Virus record (IMG/VR): IMGVR_UViG_3300042009_000026
Location: 64,001-128,000 of that record
Origin: a virus
Taxonomy: Duplodnaviria > Heunggongvirae > Uroviricota > Caudoviricetes
Length of the DNA: 64,000 nucleotides
Reading direction: 5' to 3' (one strand)
The notes beneath the pieces are model-generated. The model saw nothing but the letters and a program-made list of their open reading frames with translations. It had not been told where the DNA came from and searched no databases. Position 1 is the first letter of the stretch; every line of letters begins with the position of its first letter. The position numbers and the translations under genes were made by a program. Below are positions 48,898 through 58,292 of the stretch, piece after piece.

Positions 48898-50796
48898 ATG
48901 TCGGTAAATTCTAGCAAACCAGCAGCACTGAACGTTCAGCCTACCCAGGCAATCGCTGCTCCAGTAGTAACTCCACAACCACAACCTGCTCAGGTAACAC
49001 AAACAATGCAACCAGCTCTCCCAGTTTCCAATGGTATCGGTGGTCTGAACCGTACCTTCAGCCGTTCCGGTCGTGCCGATGGCAACGATGCCCGCACCAC
49101 CAAAGCTTTCGTAGCTTTCTCTGAAGCTCAGAAAGAAGCAATCGAACAGCAAGATCTGTCGGATACCTTCCACCTGTTCCGTTTCGATCGCACTGCTCAC
49201 CAAGTAGCAATGGCATCGATCCTGGTACTGAAGCTGGTTGATAACCGCGGTACTCCAGCAATTCTGGTTAAAGCTCTGCCGATCGTCGATTCGTCTGCAG
49301 TCGTCAAGCCGAAGACTTTCCAGATCGCTAACGGTTTCAGCACTTTCGATAAGTTCGAAGCCAAGCCTGATTCCGGTGACATCTTCACCCCACTGTACTG
49401 GTCCCGTGTTGTTGCCCATGTTCGTTCCGTAACTGGCCACGCAACCGCTACCGTTTACAATGCTGGTCCACAGGACATTCACGCTGAGTTCGATTTCGAC
49501 GACAAGATCGCCGTACGTAACCTGCTGATCAAAGCAGTGAACTCGGTTGAAGATACCATGGCTCGCCTGAGCGATGAGCGTCCATTCTCCCTGGCTACCG
49601 ACATGCAATCCGCTGACGAAATCCTGGCGGCTACCATCGACTATACTGGTACTCCAGTTGAATCGAATACCGGTATCCCTCAGCGTGCTGATATGGTCGT
49701 AAGCCTGCAGCGCCGGAAGAAGCATGGTCAGCAAACTCAAGAGAACGAGTACTACGATGCTGATTCTCAGCTGAACTCGGTTTCGATGTTCGTCGATCTG
49801 GAATACTCGCCTCAGCAAGTACAACAAGTCTTCGGCATGCCAGCTGGTCCACTGCCACCTCCGTTCATGCCAGCTCTGGTAATCACTGCTGTTAAGCAAG
49901 CGAACTGGATCATGGCTAACACCCCAGAAATGTACTTCTTCGCTCTGGGTAACGCTTACCGTGCAACCAACGGTCAAGGCTGGGCTAAACAGTTCCTGCC
50001 AACCATCGGTCGCATCAAAGATCCACGTGACATCGGTGCTGTTGGTTATCTGTCCCCTACCGGTCTGAAAGTTGAGACCAAGTCGGAAACCTTCACCGAG
50101 CAAGACTTCGCTGGTCTGATGTTCTCCCAAGTTCAGCAGAACCCAGTAGTCATGATCGACCTGAACCGCATGGGCGATAACTCGTTCGTGGAAACCATGA
50201 TCCTGGATTCGATGGGTGGTCCGAACGAGCAAGCTGCTAAAGCTGGCCTGATCCGCATCCTGTGCAATCTGTATGGTCGTGAGAACTTCACCTCGCTGTT
50301 CGATGTGACCAACGAGTGGCTGTTCCGTCCGTACGGCACCGACTTCCACCTGGGCTACTACCCAGATGAGAACGGTGAGAAACGTGACCGTCGTGATCTG
50401 GATACCCTGTACGCACTGAACGCATGTGATGGTGTTGTTGCAGAGTTCATGGACTGGTACGCTGCCAAGTGCAACCCGAACGTCCACGCTGAAGTCCGTC
50501 TGAAGAAGTCGGAACAGTACGACAAGCAATACCTGGGCAACGTGACCTATGCTGGTCGTGTTACTCGTGCCATCATCAACCCTAAACTGGTTGCTGCTAT
50601 GGACGCTGCGCAAGTGAAAGCTGGCATCGCAGTTACCATGGACAATATCGGTTCGGTGTTCGGTGGTCAGCGCTTCCAGGGTAACGTTGGTCTGGTTGGC
50701 ATGAACGTTCAAGGCATTGCCTCGGTCGCTTCCTACATCCAGAACCAAAACGTCTACGCTCCGGCAGTAGGCGGTCAGACTGGTCTGATGTACTAA
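48898..50796 (+). CDS. chmA: Chimallin, major phage-nucleus shell protein (phiKZ gp54-like)
   Basis: 632 aa; low-complexity N-terminal extension; aromatic C-terminus; extreme codon bias; immediately upstream of the nvRNAP beta-prime gene. Confidence 0.88.
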   Translation: MSVNSSKPAALNVQPTQAIAAPVVTPQPQPAQVTQTMQPALPVSNGIGGLNRTFSRSGRADGNDARTTKAFVAFSEAQKEAIEQQDLSDTFHLFRFDRTAHQVAMASILVLKLVDNRGTPAILVKALPIVDSSAVVKPKTFQIANGFSTFDKFEAKPDSGDIFTPLYWSRVVAHVRSVTGHATATVYNAGPQDIHAEFDFDDKIAVRNLLIKAVNSVEDTMARLSDERPFSLATDMQSADEILAATIDYTGTPVESNTGIPQRADMVVSLQRRKKHGQQTQENEYYDADSQLNSVSMFVDLEYSPQQVQQVFGMPAGPLPPPFMPALVITAVKQANWIMANTPEMYFFALGNAYRATNGQGWAKQFLPTIGRIKDPRDIGAVGYLSPTGLKVETKSETFTEQDFAGLMFSQVQQNPVVMIDLNRMGDNSFVETMILDSMGGPNEQAAKAGLIRILCNLYGRENFTSLFDVTNEWLFRPYGTDFHLGYYPDENGEKRDRRDLDTLYALNACDGVVAEFMDWYAAKCNPNVHAEVRLKKSEQYDKQYLGNVTYAGRVTRAIINPKLVAAMDAAQVKAGIAVTMDNIGSVFGGQRFQGNVGLVGMNVQGIASVASYIQNQNVYAPAVGGQTGLMY

Positions 50797-50808
50797 GACT
50801 AGACTAAT

Positions 50809-50979
50809 GAGGTTAACTGGAAAGTACCATGCGAAAGCAAGCGTAACAATTCGGTGAAACCTCTTTAGATCAACCAGTTGGTAAATTGGTGTATTGCCAA
50901 AGCGTCACGATAAAGAGCGGAGGTTAAGTTTCGTGAACGACAATGCATCAGTCCAGGCTCCGTTGGTGGACTGGTTGAT
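50809..50979 (+). ncRNA. Candidate structured RNA (junction plus kissing loop) downstream of chmA
   Basis: Nested stems, a GAAA tetraloop and 7-bp loop-loop complementarity; ends at a UUCG terminator. Confidence 0.55.
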
Positions 50980-50993
50980 AAGTTAGATAGGAA

Positions 50994-51029
50994 TGGCTCC
51001 CTTCGGGGAGCCACTCTTATTTCTTTTTT
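50994..51029 (+). terminator. Canonical UUCG terminator with a U-tract
   Basis: TGGCTCCC-TTCG-GGGAGCCA-CTCTTATTTCTTTTTT. Confidence 0.88.
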
Positions 51030-51052
51030 GTTAATTTGTATCGAGGTATGAA

Positions 51053-52573
51053 TTGGGTCTACATGCTGAAATTGTCGATCACGATCAGCTACTAGCAAGC
51101 CAACGAGGAATCGTAAAGTTTGCTAACGACTACAATGCATCTAATACTGAATCGAAAGAAGAGTTCCAACGAGCTCTGTATTCTCACTTCGATAACGTAG
51201 ATGCCATTGAAGTATCGGCTAGCTGTGAGTGTGGTCATATGGACGAGGCTTATGACCTCGGCGTTGTGTGCAGCAACTGTAGTACACCTGTCGTATCCAC
51301 AGCAAGCCAACCGATTGTTCCATCCATGTGGATGCGTGCACCAGAAGGCGTTCGATCGATGATCTCTCCGGAGTTGTTGATCATGTTGCTGGGACACATG
51401 CAGGGCAAGGAGTTTAACTTCCTAGCGTACTTCATGGACACGACGTATCAATTTGATGCTAATACCATTTCCTCTCGCGAAACAGATCGCAAGGTAAAGC
51501 GACTGCTGCAACAAAACATCCCACGGGGCCTGAACTATTTCATCGACAACTTCGATGCAATTATCAAGTTCTGTATGGACTGCGGTATCATCGGTACGGG
51601 TAAACACGAGTTCTATGAATTCCTGGTACAGAACAAGCATGCCTTGTTCCCAACAGCTATCCCGATTCCAACCAAACTGTGCTTCGTCGTAGAGTCCACT
51701 ACATCTGGTTCTTATATCGACAAGCCTATCGGTCCTGCGATCGATGCTGCTCTCACTATGGGTGGTATCCAGCATAGTCCGATTCCACTGAAGCCAATCA
51801 CAGTACAGAACCGTACTGCGAAAGCATTGTTGCTCATGGCTACATTCCATGAGAACTATAACAAACAACGGATCGCTCAGAAACCTGGTCTGGTTCGTCG
51901 TCATGTTCTCGGTGGTCGTCTGAACTTCACTGCACGAGCGGTAATTACATCGATCAGTGCACCGCATCGTTATGATGAACTCCACATCCCATGGGGTGTA
52001 GCGTGTCAGCTGTTCAAGTATCACATCTTGAATAAGCTCAAGCGGCAAGGCATGACTACAATGGAAGCCTTGGGTTTCCTGTATTCAAATGTGCTGCAGT
52101 ATAACGACCGGTTGAACAGTATCTTCCTGGAACTTATCGCAGAAGCGAAAGAGATTGGTCCAGCAGCTACCTTCCACCGAAATCCAACTCTGCAGCGTGG
52201 TTCTACTCAGCAGTTCTTCATCACGAAGATCAAGACAGACCTGACCGATAACTCGATCTCGATGTCCGTGCTGTGTTTGAAAGCGCCTAACGCCGACTTC
52301 GATGGTGATCAGCTCAACCTGACTCTGATGCCGGATAACTATCTGACTGACGCTACTGAACGAATCGCTCCACACACGTGGGTATTGTCTATTGATGATC
52401 CACATGAAATCTCTGGTAACCTGGAACTCCAAGGCCCGGTAGTGGAAACGATCGTAAACTATGCGCACGAAGATTATCTGGGTGCACCACCTGAAGCGTA
52501 TCGACATCTGTTAGATGAACCATGGACAGAGTTCGTGCCATTCAAGCAGGCTCAATATGAATTCACTGGATAG
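51053..52573 (+). CDS. Non-virion RNA polymerase beta-prime-like subunit with the catalytic motif (phiKZ gp55-like), uninterrupted
   Basis: Zn finger CECG…CSNC, HRNPTLQRGS, APNADFDGDQ; TTG start. Confidence 0.95.
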   Translation: MGLHAEIVDHDQLLASQRGIVKFANDYNASNTESKEEFQRALYSHFDNVDAIEVSASCECGHMDEAYDLGVVCSNCSTPVVSTASQPIVPSMWMRAPEGVRSMISPELLIMLLGHMQGKEFNFLAYFMDTTYQFDANTISSRETDRKVKRLLQQNIPRGLNYFIDNFDAIIKFCMDCGIIGTGKHEFYEFLVQNKHALFPTAIPIPTKLCFVVESTTSGSYIDKPIGPAIDAALTMGGIQHSPIPLKPITVQNRTAKALLLMATFHENYNKQRIAQKPGLVRRHVLGGRLNFTARAVITSISAPHRYDELHIPWGVACQLFKYHILNKLKRQGMTTMEALGFLYSNVLQYNDRLNSIFLELIAEAKEIGPAATFHRNPTLQRGSTQQFFITKIKTDLTDNSISMSVLCLKAPNADFDGDQLNLTLMPDNYLTDATERIAPHTWVLSIDDPHEISGNLELQGPVVETIVNYAHEDYLGAPPEAYRHLLDEPWTEFVPFKQAQYEFTG

Positions 52574-52793
52574 ACTTAACAAATATGAACCCTACACAAC
52601 AGGGTACGTGGTGTTAGGAGACCGATGGAATAGATGGTGGGTACCTGCAATGATTCTGGGCCGTGTAAATGGTCATCGAAGAGTTGTTGATTGTGATGGT
52701 AATCACTGGTTCATTGATGTCGAAGAACAATTCAGTCTGACCCTACCATGGCGTGGTAAGCGAACCAACTTATACTCCATGAGCAAAATCTAA
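52557..52793 (+). CDS. Small beta-rich (SH3/Tudor-like) protein
   Basis: ATG 52557 after AGCAGG; Trp-rich strands. Confidence 0.5.
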   Translation: MNSLDRLNKYEPYTTGYVVLGDRWNRWWVPAMILGRVNGHRRVVDCDGNHWFIDVEEQFSLTLPWRGKRTNLYSMSKI

Positions 52794-52807
52794 AGAGGAA
52801 CAGGCTT

Positions 52808-53416
52808 ATGATGCAGGCACATGGTGTCGACCTTTTGGACATCTGTGCAGGTGGCCATTTGGATATGAATACTCAGTCTTGGCTGGGTGACAGATCTGAT
52901 GCACTACGTGCAACAATCTCTACAACAGCACAAAGCTTCTTCAACCAAGCAGCATCTCTGTATACCATGATTTCCACGAGCGATGCGGTGCAAGCCCTAC
53001 GTAACCTCACGGTGAAAGTAGAAGGTGCATGGCAGACCAATGTGATCTCGTATCTGCAGACAATCGATCAAGTGCAGTGTGCACCGATTGTAATGCAACG
53101 GTATATCATGGCTCAACCCGATATTCGTCAGATGTATCTGAACGGTGAAGTATCTGGTTATGGCGAAAGCTATGAGAACCTGCATGGTGATAGTGTCGGT
53201 GCGAAGCATTATGATTGGCGTCAAGTCATGAGTGGCATCGTTACCGTATCCGATGATAGCTTCCAGCACACCACTTATGTGGAAGATACCAGAGATGATA
53301 CAGAACTGACTGTATTCGAGAAGGTGGATATCCTGCGTACTTGGAACGTAGTACAAACTGCGCTGAGCGCTGCTGAACAAGATCCGACATCGCCTGAAGG
53401 GCTGATGCTGGGTTAA
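52808..53416 (+). CDS. Conserved core protein (phiKZ gp59-like; gp59 recalled as import factor Imp3)
   Basis: 202 aa; AGAGGA RBS; synteny. Confidence 0.55.
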   Translation: MMQAHGVDLLDICAGGHLDMNTQSWLGDRSDALRATISTTAQSFFNQAASLYTMISTSDAVQALRNLTVKVEGAWQTNVISYLQTIDQVQCAPIVMQRYIMAQPDIRQMYLNGEVSGYGESYENLHGDSVGAKHYDWRQVMSGIVTVSDDSFQHTTYVEDTRDDTELTVFEKVDILRTWNVVQTALSAAEQDPTSPEGLMLG

Positions 53417-53420
53417 ACAA

Positions 53421-53452
53421 CATAATGGCCTATCCTTCGGGATAGGCTTTTT
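53421..53452 (+). terminator. UUCG terminator
   Basis: GCCTATCC-TTCG-GGATAGGC-TTTTT. Confidence 0.85.
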
Positions 53453-53463
53453 GAGGGCTTAAT

Positions 53464-53745
53464 GTGGATCTGAAATATTCGAATCGTTTGGAACTGTTCG
53501 TTCATCAATCAGATGGTCGTCCCGTTTCTTTGGACCTAAGTAAACTAGATCAACCAGAGCGAGCTAGTATGCGCGATAGTGTTCGCACTTACAAAGTAGA
53601 TGGACTCGAACTGATCTGTGAACGTACCCATGCCGGTAATTGGCAACTCAGTGAAGCTATTAATGGTAAAGGATTCATCAATGACATCCTAGCCGTTACA
53701 GAAGACATGAAACTTCATGCAGCTATTCGAGGTATCGATGTTTAA
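53464..53745 (+). CDS. Hypothetical protein, paralogue of the next gene
   Basis: DQPE…K…IC pattern. Confidence 0.65.
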   Translation: MDLKYSNRLELFVHQSDGRPVSLDLSKLDQPERASMRDSVRTYKVDGLELICERTHAGNWQLSEAINGKGFINDILAVTEDMKLHAAIRGIDV

Positions 53746-54139
53746 TCCGATCAAACCCATATACCAAATCGGTATGGAAGATGGCGGTGGTTCGATCCAT
53801 TGTAATCGTTATGAAACACCCAAACCAAAACCTGAAAAGCTAATTCAGCTACGTTTCCATGAAACCTACCAATGTTGGGTAACAGGTGAACAAGGTGCAC
53901 TTTATCTAGCTTTCGGTGATCAGCCAGAACCAATGGTGGATGAAGGCGATACAGCCGTTATCAAAATACGTGACTACGTAATTGAATGTAAGAAACTGCC
54001 TGGTACCGTGTACAGCATTCGCTCCATTAAAAGCAAAGATGGTGCCGTGTTCAATACGCTACAATTGGTCCATAGTGATCCACTAGTTAAAATGCTTCGC
54101 GCTTCTATTCTTGTACCGGTCACAGACTTGTACAAATGA
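53738..54139 (+). CDS. Hypothetical protein
   Basis: ATG 53738 after GAGG; DQPE…K…IEC. Confidence 0.7.
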   Translation: MFNPIKPIYQIGMEDGGGSIHCNRYETPKPKPEKLIQLRFHETYQCWVTGEQGALYLAFGDQPEPMVDEGDTAVIKIRDYVIECKKLPGTVYSIRSIKSKDGAVFNTLQLVHSDPLVKMLRASILVPVTDLYK

Positions 54140-54636
54140 TCGTTGAGATTAATCAACATGGCCGGGAAACATATGTGATGCACCAGAACCCTGGCTCACT
54201 CTCAATCAAATTCGCAGATCAAAAGGAACATCGCATGACCGAACCAACTGCAACCGTACCTACTCCAGCGACTAAACGTGGCCCTCGTACTTTTGAAGGC
54301 GAAAGCTTTGCCCTGGTCTACAACCCTGAAACCGGTCATTACGATCTGGCATTCGAAGGCAAGAACTTCCCTATCCGCTTCCAAGCTCCAGAATCGTTCA
54401 GTGCGCTGATCAAACCGTTGGCCGCTGGCATGAAGCATAAGTCAGGCCGTCATGAGTTCACGCTAGAATTCGAAGATGATCGTCTGGTGGAGATTACCAA
54501 CGATAGCAATGATGGAGATGCAGCTTCTCCTGTCAAACGTACTGCGTCGGTAAGCGTTGCATTTAATTCCCCGATCAAAGAGTGGATTCGTGTTCTCCTG
54601 GAACTGCCTGTTGAACGGGCGTTGCGCACCAAGTAA
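54136..54636 (+). CDS. Hypothetical protein (alternative in-frame start at 54235)
   Basis: ATGA overlap at 54136; AAGGA RBS before 54235. Confidence 0.7.
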   Translation: MIVEINQHGRETYVMHQNPGSLSIKFADQKEHRMTEPTATVPTPATKRGPRTFEGESFALVYNPETGHYDLAFEGKNFPIRFQAPESFSALIKPLAAGMKHKSGRHEFTLEFEDDRLVEITNDSNDGDAASPVKRTASVSVAFNSPIKEWIRVLLELPVERALRTK

Positions 54637-54642
54637 TACATC

Positions 54643-54675
54643 GGGGACTTCGGTCCCCAACCCTTGTTTTTTCTT
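54643..54675 (+). terminator. UUCG terminator
   Basis: GGGGAC-TTCG-GTCCCC then CCCTTGTTTTTT. Confidence 0.7.
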
Positions 54676-54716
54676 TCGGCTTACTCTATGACTCAATAAG
54701 AGAATAGGGTAACATC

Positions 54717-55124
54717 ATGGCCGAAAAATATATCCCGACGATGAGCGTCAAAGGTTGGATCGACCATCCTGAAGATAAGGCGGATTACATTATCTCCTGC
54801 TTTATGGAATCGAACTACTCGATGTCTGTGCTCCATCGTGACCAAAATATCTCACTCCAATATCTGTTGAAGATCTATGCTAACCGGATGTTAGATCTGG
54901 AAACGCGACTGCAAGATGAACTTGATGCGAAACTAAAAGCATCGTTTAACGAACAGTCTAGTGCAAACGTTACGGTTGTAGAAGATCCTTCAACCCCTAA
55001 CCAATACACTATTAACTTCACCGGCTATGTAGTGACAAATGAGAAAACTTTCACTGTGGGTTGGATGGTACAATTCCAAGACTCACGTGTACTCAAAATT
55101 GCCAAACTGAACAATGGAGTTTAA
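54717..55124 (+). CDS. Conserved core protein (phiKZ gp62-like)
   Basis: IPTMSVKGW…SMSVL…ISLQYL; synteny. Confidence 0.6.
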   Translation: MAEKYIPTMSVKGWIDHPEDKADYIISCFMESNYSMSVLHRDQNISLQYLLKIYANRMLDLETRLQDELDAKLKASFNEQSSANVTVVEDPSTPNQYTINFTGYVVTNEKTFTVGWMVQFQDSRVLKIAKLNNGV

Positions 55125-55126
55125 CC

Positions 55127-55633
55127 ATGACTGAAGCTACTTCCCTGGAACAAGAAGAATCGCAAAACACGCGTATCCGTAATCTGGAAAAGCGCGTTGA
55201 TATGCTGGAACAACGCCTTCTGGTAACCGATGGTGCCCTAGAGAAGATTATCCAACTGGTACGTACATCGGAATCCAATCGTACACGTAACATCATGCGG
55301 GTACTGTCAGATGTGTTCCATGGCGTGTCCGATCAACTTGGCGCAATCTCCAACGTACCGACTGCCGAGCAGTACGGTGTACAACGTGTAGAGCCAGGTA
55401 CTCCTGGTACTGTCGTAGTTACTCGTAAAGGTAATGAATACACTTTCGCTAATGCCGAAGAACCAGAAACCCTGATCAATCAAGGCACCGATATTCTGGT
55501 AGAAGTGTTCAACAAACAACAAGTCCTGGCTGATGGGGATACCGGTTGGTTCTCTCTGTTCCTGGATGACAAGAAGAGTGAAACCAATGGAATTCCAGCA
55601 ACCGAAAGTTCCCCAGACCAAGTCGGCGCGTGA
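55127..55633 (+). CDS. Hypothetical protein with an N-terminal coiled coil (gp63 position)
   Basis: ATG 55127 after GGAG. Confidence 0.7.
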   Translation: MTEATSLEQEESQNTRIRNLEKRVDMLEQRLLVTDGALEKIIQLVRTSESNRTRNIMRVLSDVFHGVSDQLGAISNVPTAEQYGVQRVEPGTPGTVVVTRKGNEYTFANAEEPETLINQGTDILVEVFNKQQVLADGDTGWFSLFLDDKKSETNGIPATESSPDQVGA

Positions 55634-56231
55634 AGAACGTATAGCTCGGGAACTTGGTGAGCGTCCAAAGGAATATGCCACTAAGATTCTTGCTGCCGTT
55701 GAAGAGCATTTGCCGACTATCAATGAATCAGCTTTCGTTAAGCAAGTAGTTCCATTGCTTGAAAAGATTCTTGTTCCCGCCAATCGCAAGGCGTATCAAC
55801 GCTTTGTAGTTGACATGATGATGCCACTCAAAGTAGTGGATGACCAAGACAGAACTAAGGTACTGCACATCGTACCTGCTTTGTCCCGTACACCCCGTAC
55901 TACAGTCCCTCAAGCGGATGGTGGTTTATCTGTGGGTGATGTCATCCACAACATGAACCGTTATCGGGATCTGCATCGAATCGATTTGATTGACGATACC
56001 ATGCGAGGTTTCTTGCAGCGTATTACAATCTTACCAGATACCATCGACGATATTCTTTTACCTATTCACCGTATCTTACAGGTGTACGGCAGAGAACTCG
56101 ATGTTACTGCAGATGCCAATAACCCATTGGGTAAAGATTCACTTCCTCCGTCAGCGGATGTCAGGGGAGAGTTAGTCTCTACTCTGTCTCCGCCATCCAG
56201 CTGTTTTACTGACGAAGAAGATGAAGACTGA
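55587..56231 (+). CDS. Conserved hypothetical protein (gp64 position)
   Basis: AFVKQVVPLL…LKVVDD…LHIVPAL. Confidence 0.7.
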   Translation: MEFQQPKVPQTKSAREERIARELGERPKEYATKILAAVEEHLPTINESAFVKQVVPLLEKILVPANRKAYQRFVVDMMMPLKVVDDQDRTKVLHIVPALSRTPRTTVPQADGGLSVGDVIHNMNRYRDLHRIDLIDDTMRGFLQRITILPDTIDDILLPIHRILQVYGRELDVTADANNPLGKDSLPPSADVRGELVSTLSPPSSCFTDEEDED

Positions 56232-57360
56232 TAGAACCAAATCGCCAGGCGTCTTTCGTTATCTAAGTTTAGGCGATGTCCATCTCGGGCATCGTTCTAC
56301 TCCCGCTAGTTTGATTATCCGTAACTTAGAACTTACAATTACGGATGAACTATTAAAAGAAGTAGACATGTTGATCATTACAGGTGACCTGTTTGATCGA
56401 CAGCTGAACAATGGTGATGAAGTCGTACACCAAATCAACCGTTGGATTACATTGCTGATGCTGCGTTGTGCAGCGTACAAAGTGATGATCCGTATTGTTG
56501 AAGGTACACCAAGCCATGACCGTGAGCAATCACGATTCTTCACTGAGCAAAAAGTCAACGCAAATATCGACGTTGATCTGCATTACACCAAGAATCTGTC
56601 CATCGAATACATCGAGCGATTAGATTCATATTTCCTTTATGTTCCTGATAAGCATAATCCGTCTACTGATGTGACACTGCGAGAAGTGAAGCAACAGATG
56701 GCTGAGTTAGGTATTGAGCAAGTAGACTTTGCAATTATGCATGGTGCTTTCTCTTATCAGCTGCCAGCTATCGTTCCTGAGCCGACGCACAACGAAGAGG
56801 AATACCTCAAGTTAGTCAAACATCAAATCCTAATCGGGCATGTTCATTTAATGACCATTCACGAAAGGATTCTGGCAGCCGGTAGTTTTGATCGGATCTG
56901 TCACAATGACGAAATAGCTAAGGGGATGTTTAAAGTTTCCGTTAAAGAAGATGGAACATGGGAACGAGTGTTCATTGAAAACAGAGGGGCTAAGAAATAT
57001 GTCACTCTAGAATGTCATGGCATGGATACCAAACAACTGAACTTTGCGATTCGTGAATTCATCAAGGAACTGAATAAAGGTTCTTCAGTGCGTTTGCGTT
57101 GTAATCCGAATGACGTAGCCAATGGTGACATTGATACGTATCGTCGCGAATTCCCTCAGTTGGACTGGCAAATCACAGTCGACAAAATTGAATCTAAAAA
57201 GAACTCGGTAGCCGAAACGTTCCAAGCTTTTGATATGGCTCAGTTCAAAGCAATCACCCGAGATTCTATCAAGGAACTCCTGGTACCAGCATTGGCTAAG
57301 TTTGCTCCTGATGAGGCAGCTATCATGCGATGCCTCCAACGACTGGATGGCTTAGCCTAG
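56221..57360 (+). CDS. sbcD: SbcD/Mre11-like metallophosphoesterase nuclease (phiKZ gp65-like)
   Basis: GDVHLG, GDLFD, GTPSHD, MHG, GHVH. Confidence 0.9.
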   Translation: MKTDRTKSPGVFRYLSLGDVHLGHRSTPASLIIRNLELTITDELLKEVDMLIITGDLFDRQLNNGDEVVHQINRWITLLMLRCAAYKVMIRIVEGTPSHDREQSRFFTEQKVNANIDVDLHYTKNLSIEYIERLDSYFLYVPDKHNPSTDVTLREVKQQMAELGIEQVDFAIMHGAFSYQLPAIVPEPTHNEEEYLKLVKHQILIGHVHLMTIHERILAAGSFDRICHNDEIAKGMFKVSVKEDGTWERVFIENRGAKKYVTLECHGMDTKQLNFAIREFIKELNKGSSVRLRCNPNDVANGDIDTYRREFPQLDWQITVDKIESKKNSVAETFQAFDMAQFKAITRDSIKELLVPALAKFAPDEAAIMRCLQRLDGLA

Positions 57361-57369
57361 AGGCATTAA

Positions 57370-58203
57370 ATGGACATCATCGAAAGAGACGTAGGTCAGA
57401 TACCGGTCAGTATCGGCACCTCTCTTGCATTCGAAGGTTTACTGGGAATTCACCCTAACCAACCCGTGCAACCGACTAACGTCAAAACCATTCAGACCAT
57501 TTGGATCAATATCCGTACACTAGCGCGAAATCTGTTTCAGGCTGTGCCGACAGAGAAAGCGTTAGAGATGGATTACACAAACTCTGTGCAAGTGCTATTG
57601 AACGAGACACAAGTTCTCCCAGTGGCATTAACACAACATGGGTACACAGGAAAGATCCGTTACTACCTAGCTTCTAAAGATGCAGTCAAGTGGGCATTCC
57701 CCAAGGCTAACTTCAAAGAGCTTAAGTCGCCTAAACAAATTGCTTATGACATGTTCGAACGTTTCGTTAGTATTGAACTTTATCAACAGATGAAGGCTGC
57801 TAACATGGATGTAATGGAGATTGATCGTAAGCCTAAAGCCGGTGAAGGTATTGTAGCGCTGTTGACCCACTACCCACATGAGCTATTGTGGAAACCACAG
57901 TTCAGCCGTCTGTTGTTGTTAGAGTCCCATACAGGGAAACTCAAGACATACAACACGTGGTATACGAAACTCAACGGCATCAGCGAAAACGAATACCCAA
58001 TGCCATTCACCGAGTTTACACTACAAGTGTTCGGGGATGGCGAATTAATAGCTCCGCAACAACCACGTAAGATCTTAACAGAGCTCAAGCAGCTTTCTAA
58101 GGATAAGAAGTGGACAGGCATTACAACTCCAGACAAACTCTATCACGATATCATGAGTTCGTCGAAGGAACTGAAAGACCTGTATAAGCTGCTTAGGAAA
58201 TAA
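57370..58203 (+). CDS. Conserved core protein (phiKZ gp66-like, possible PIN/5-prime-nuclease-like fold)
   Basis: SIGT, INIRTLARN, LLESHTG; synteny. Confidence 0.55.
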   Translation: MDIIERDVGQIPVSIGTSLAFEGLLGIHPNQPVQPTNVKTIQTIWINIRTLARNLFQAVPTEKALEMDYTNSVQVLLNETQVLPVALTQHGYTGKIRYYLASKDAVKWAFPKANFKELKSPKQIAYDMFERFVSIELYQQMKAANMDVMEIDRKPKAGEGIVALLTHYPHELLWKPQFSRLLLLESHTGKLKTYNTWYTKLNGISENEYPMPFTEFTLQVFGDGELIAPQQPRKILTELKQLSKDKKWTGITTPDKLYHDIMSSSKELKDLYKLLRK

Positions 58204-58292
58204 TACTGAGCAGCACAATGTTACGAGACTACAATCTGCATGCGCATGCAGTCAACTAAAAGAAAACAAACATTCCGATCGGAGTAATACCC

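Noticed and set aside
48838-50748. 636-aa antisense ORF spanning chimallin
   Set aside because: Codon-for-codon shadow of a strongly biased gene that avoids TTA/CTA/TCA; no RBS, promoter or recognisable motifs
50804-50863. Hammerhead-like CTAATGAG…GAAAC
   Set aside because: Core is CTAATGA, not CTGATGA; stem II does not close and the GAAAC bases pair with GAGGTT instead
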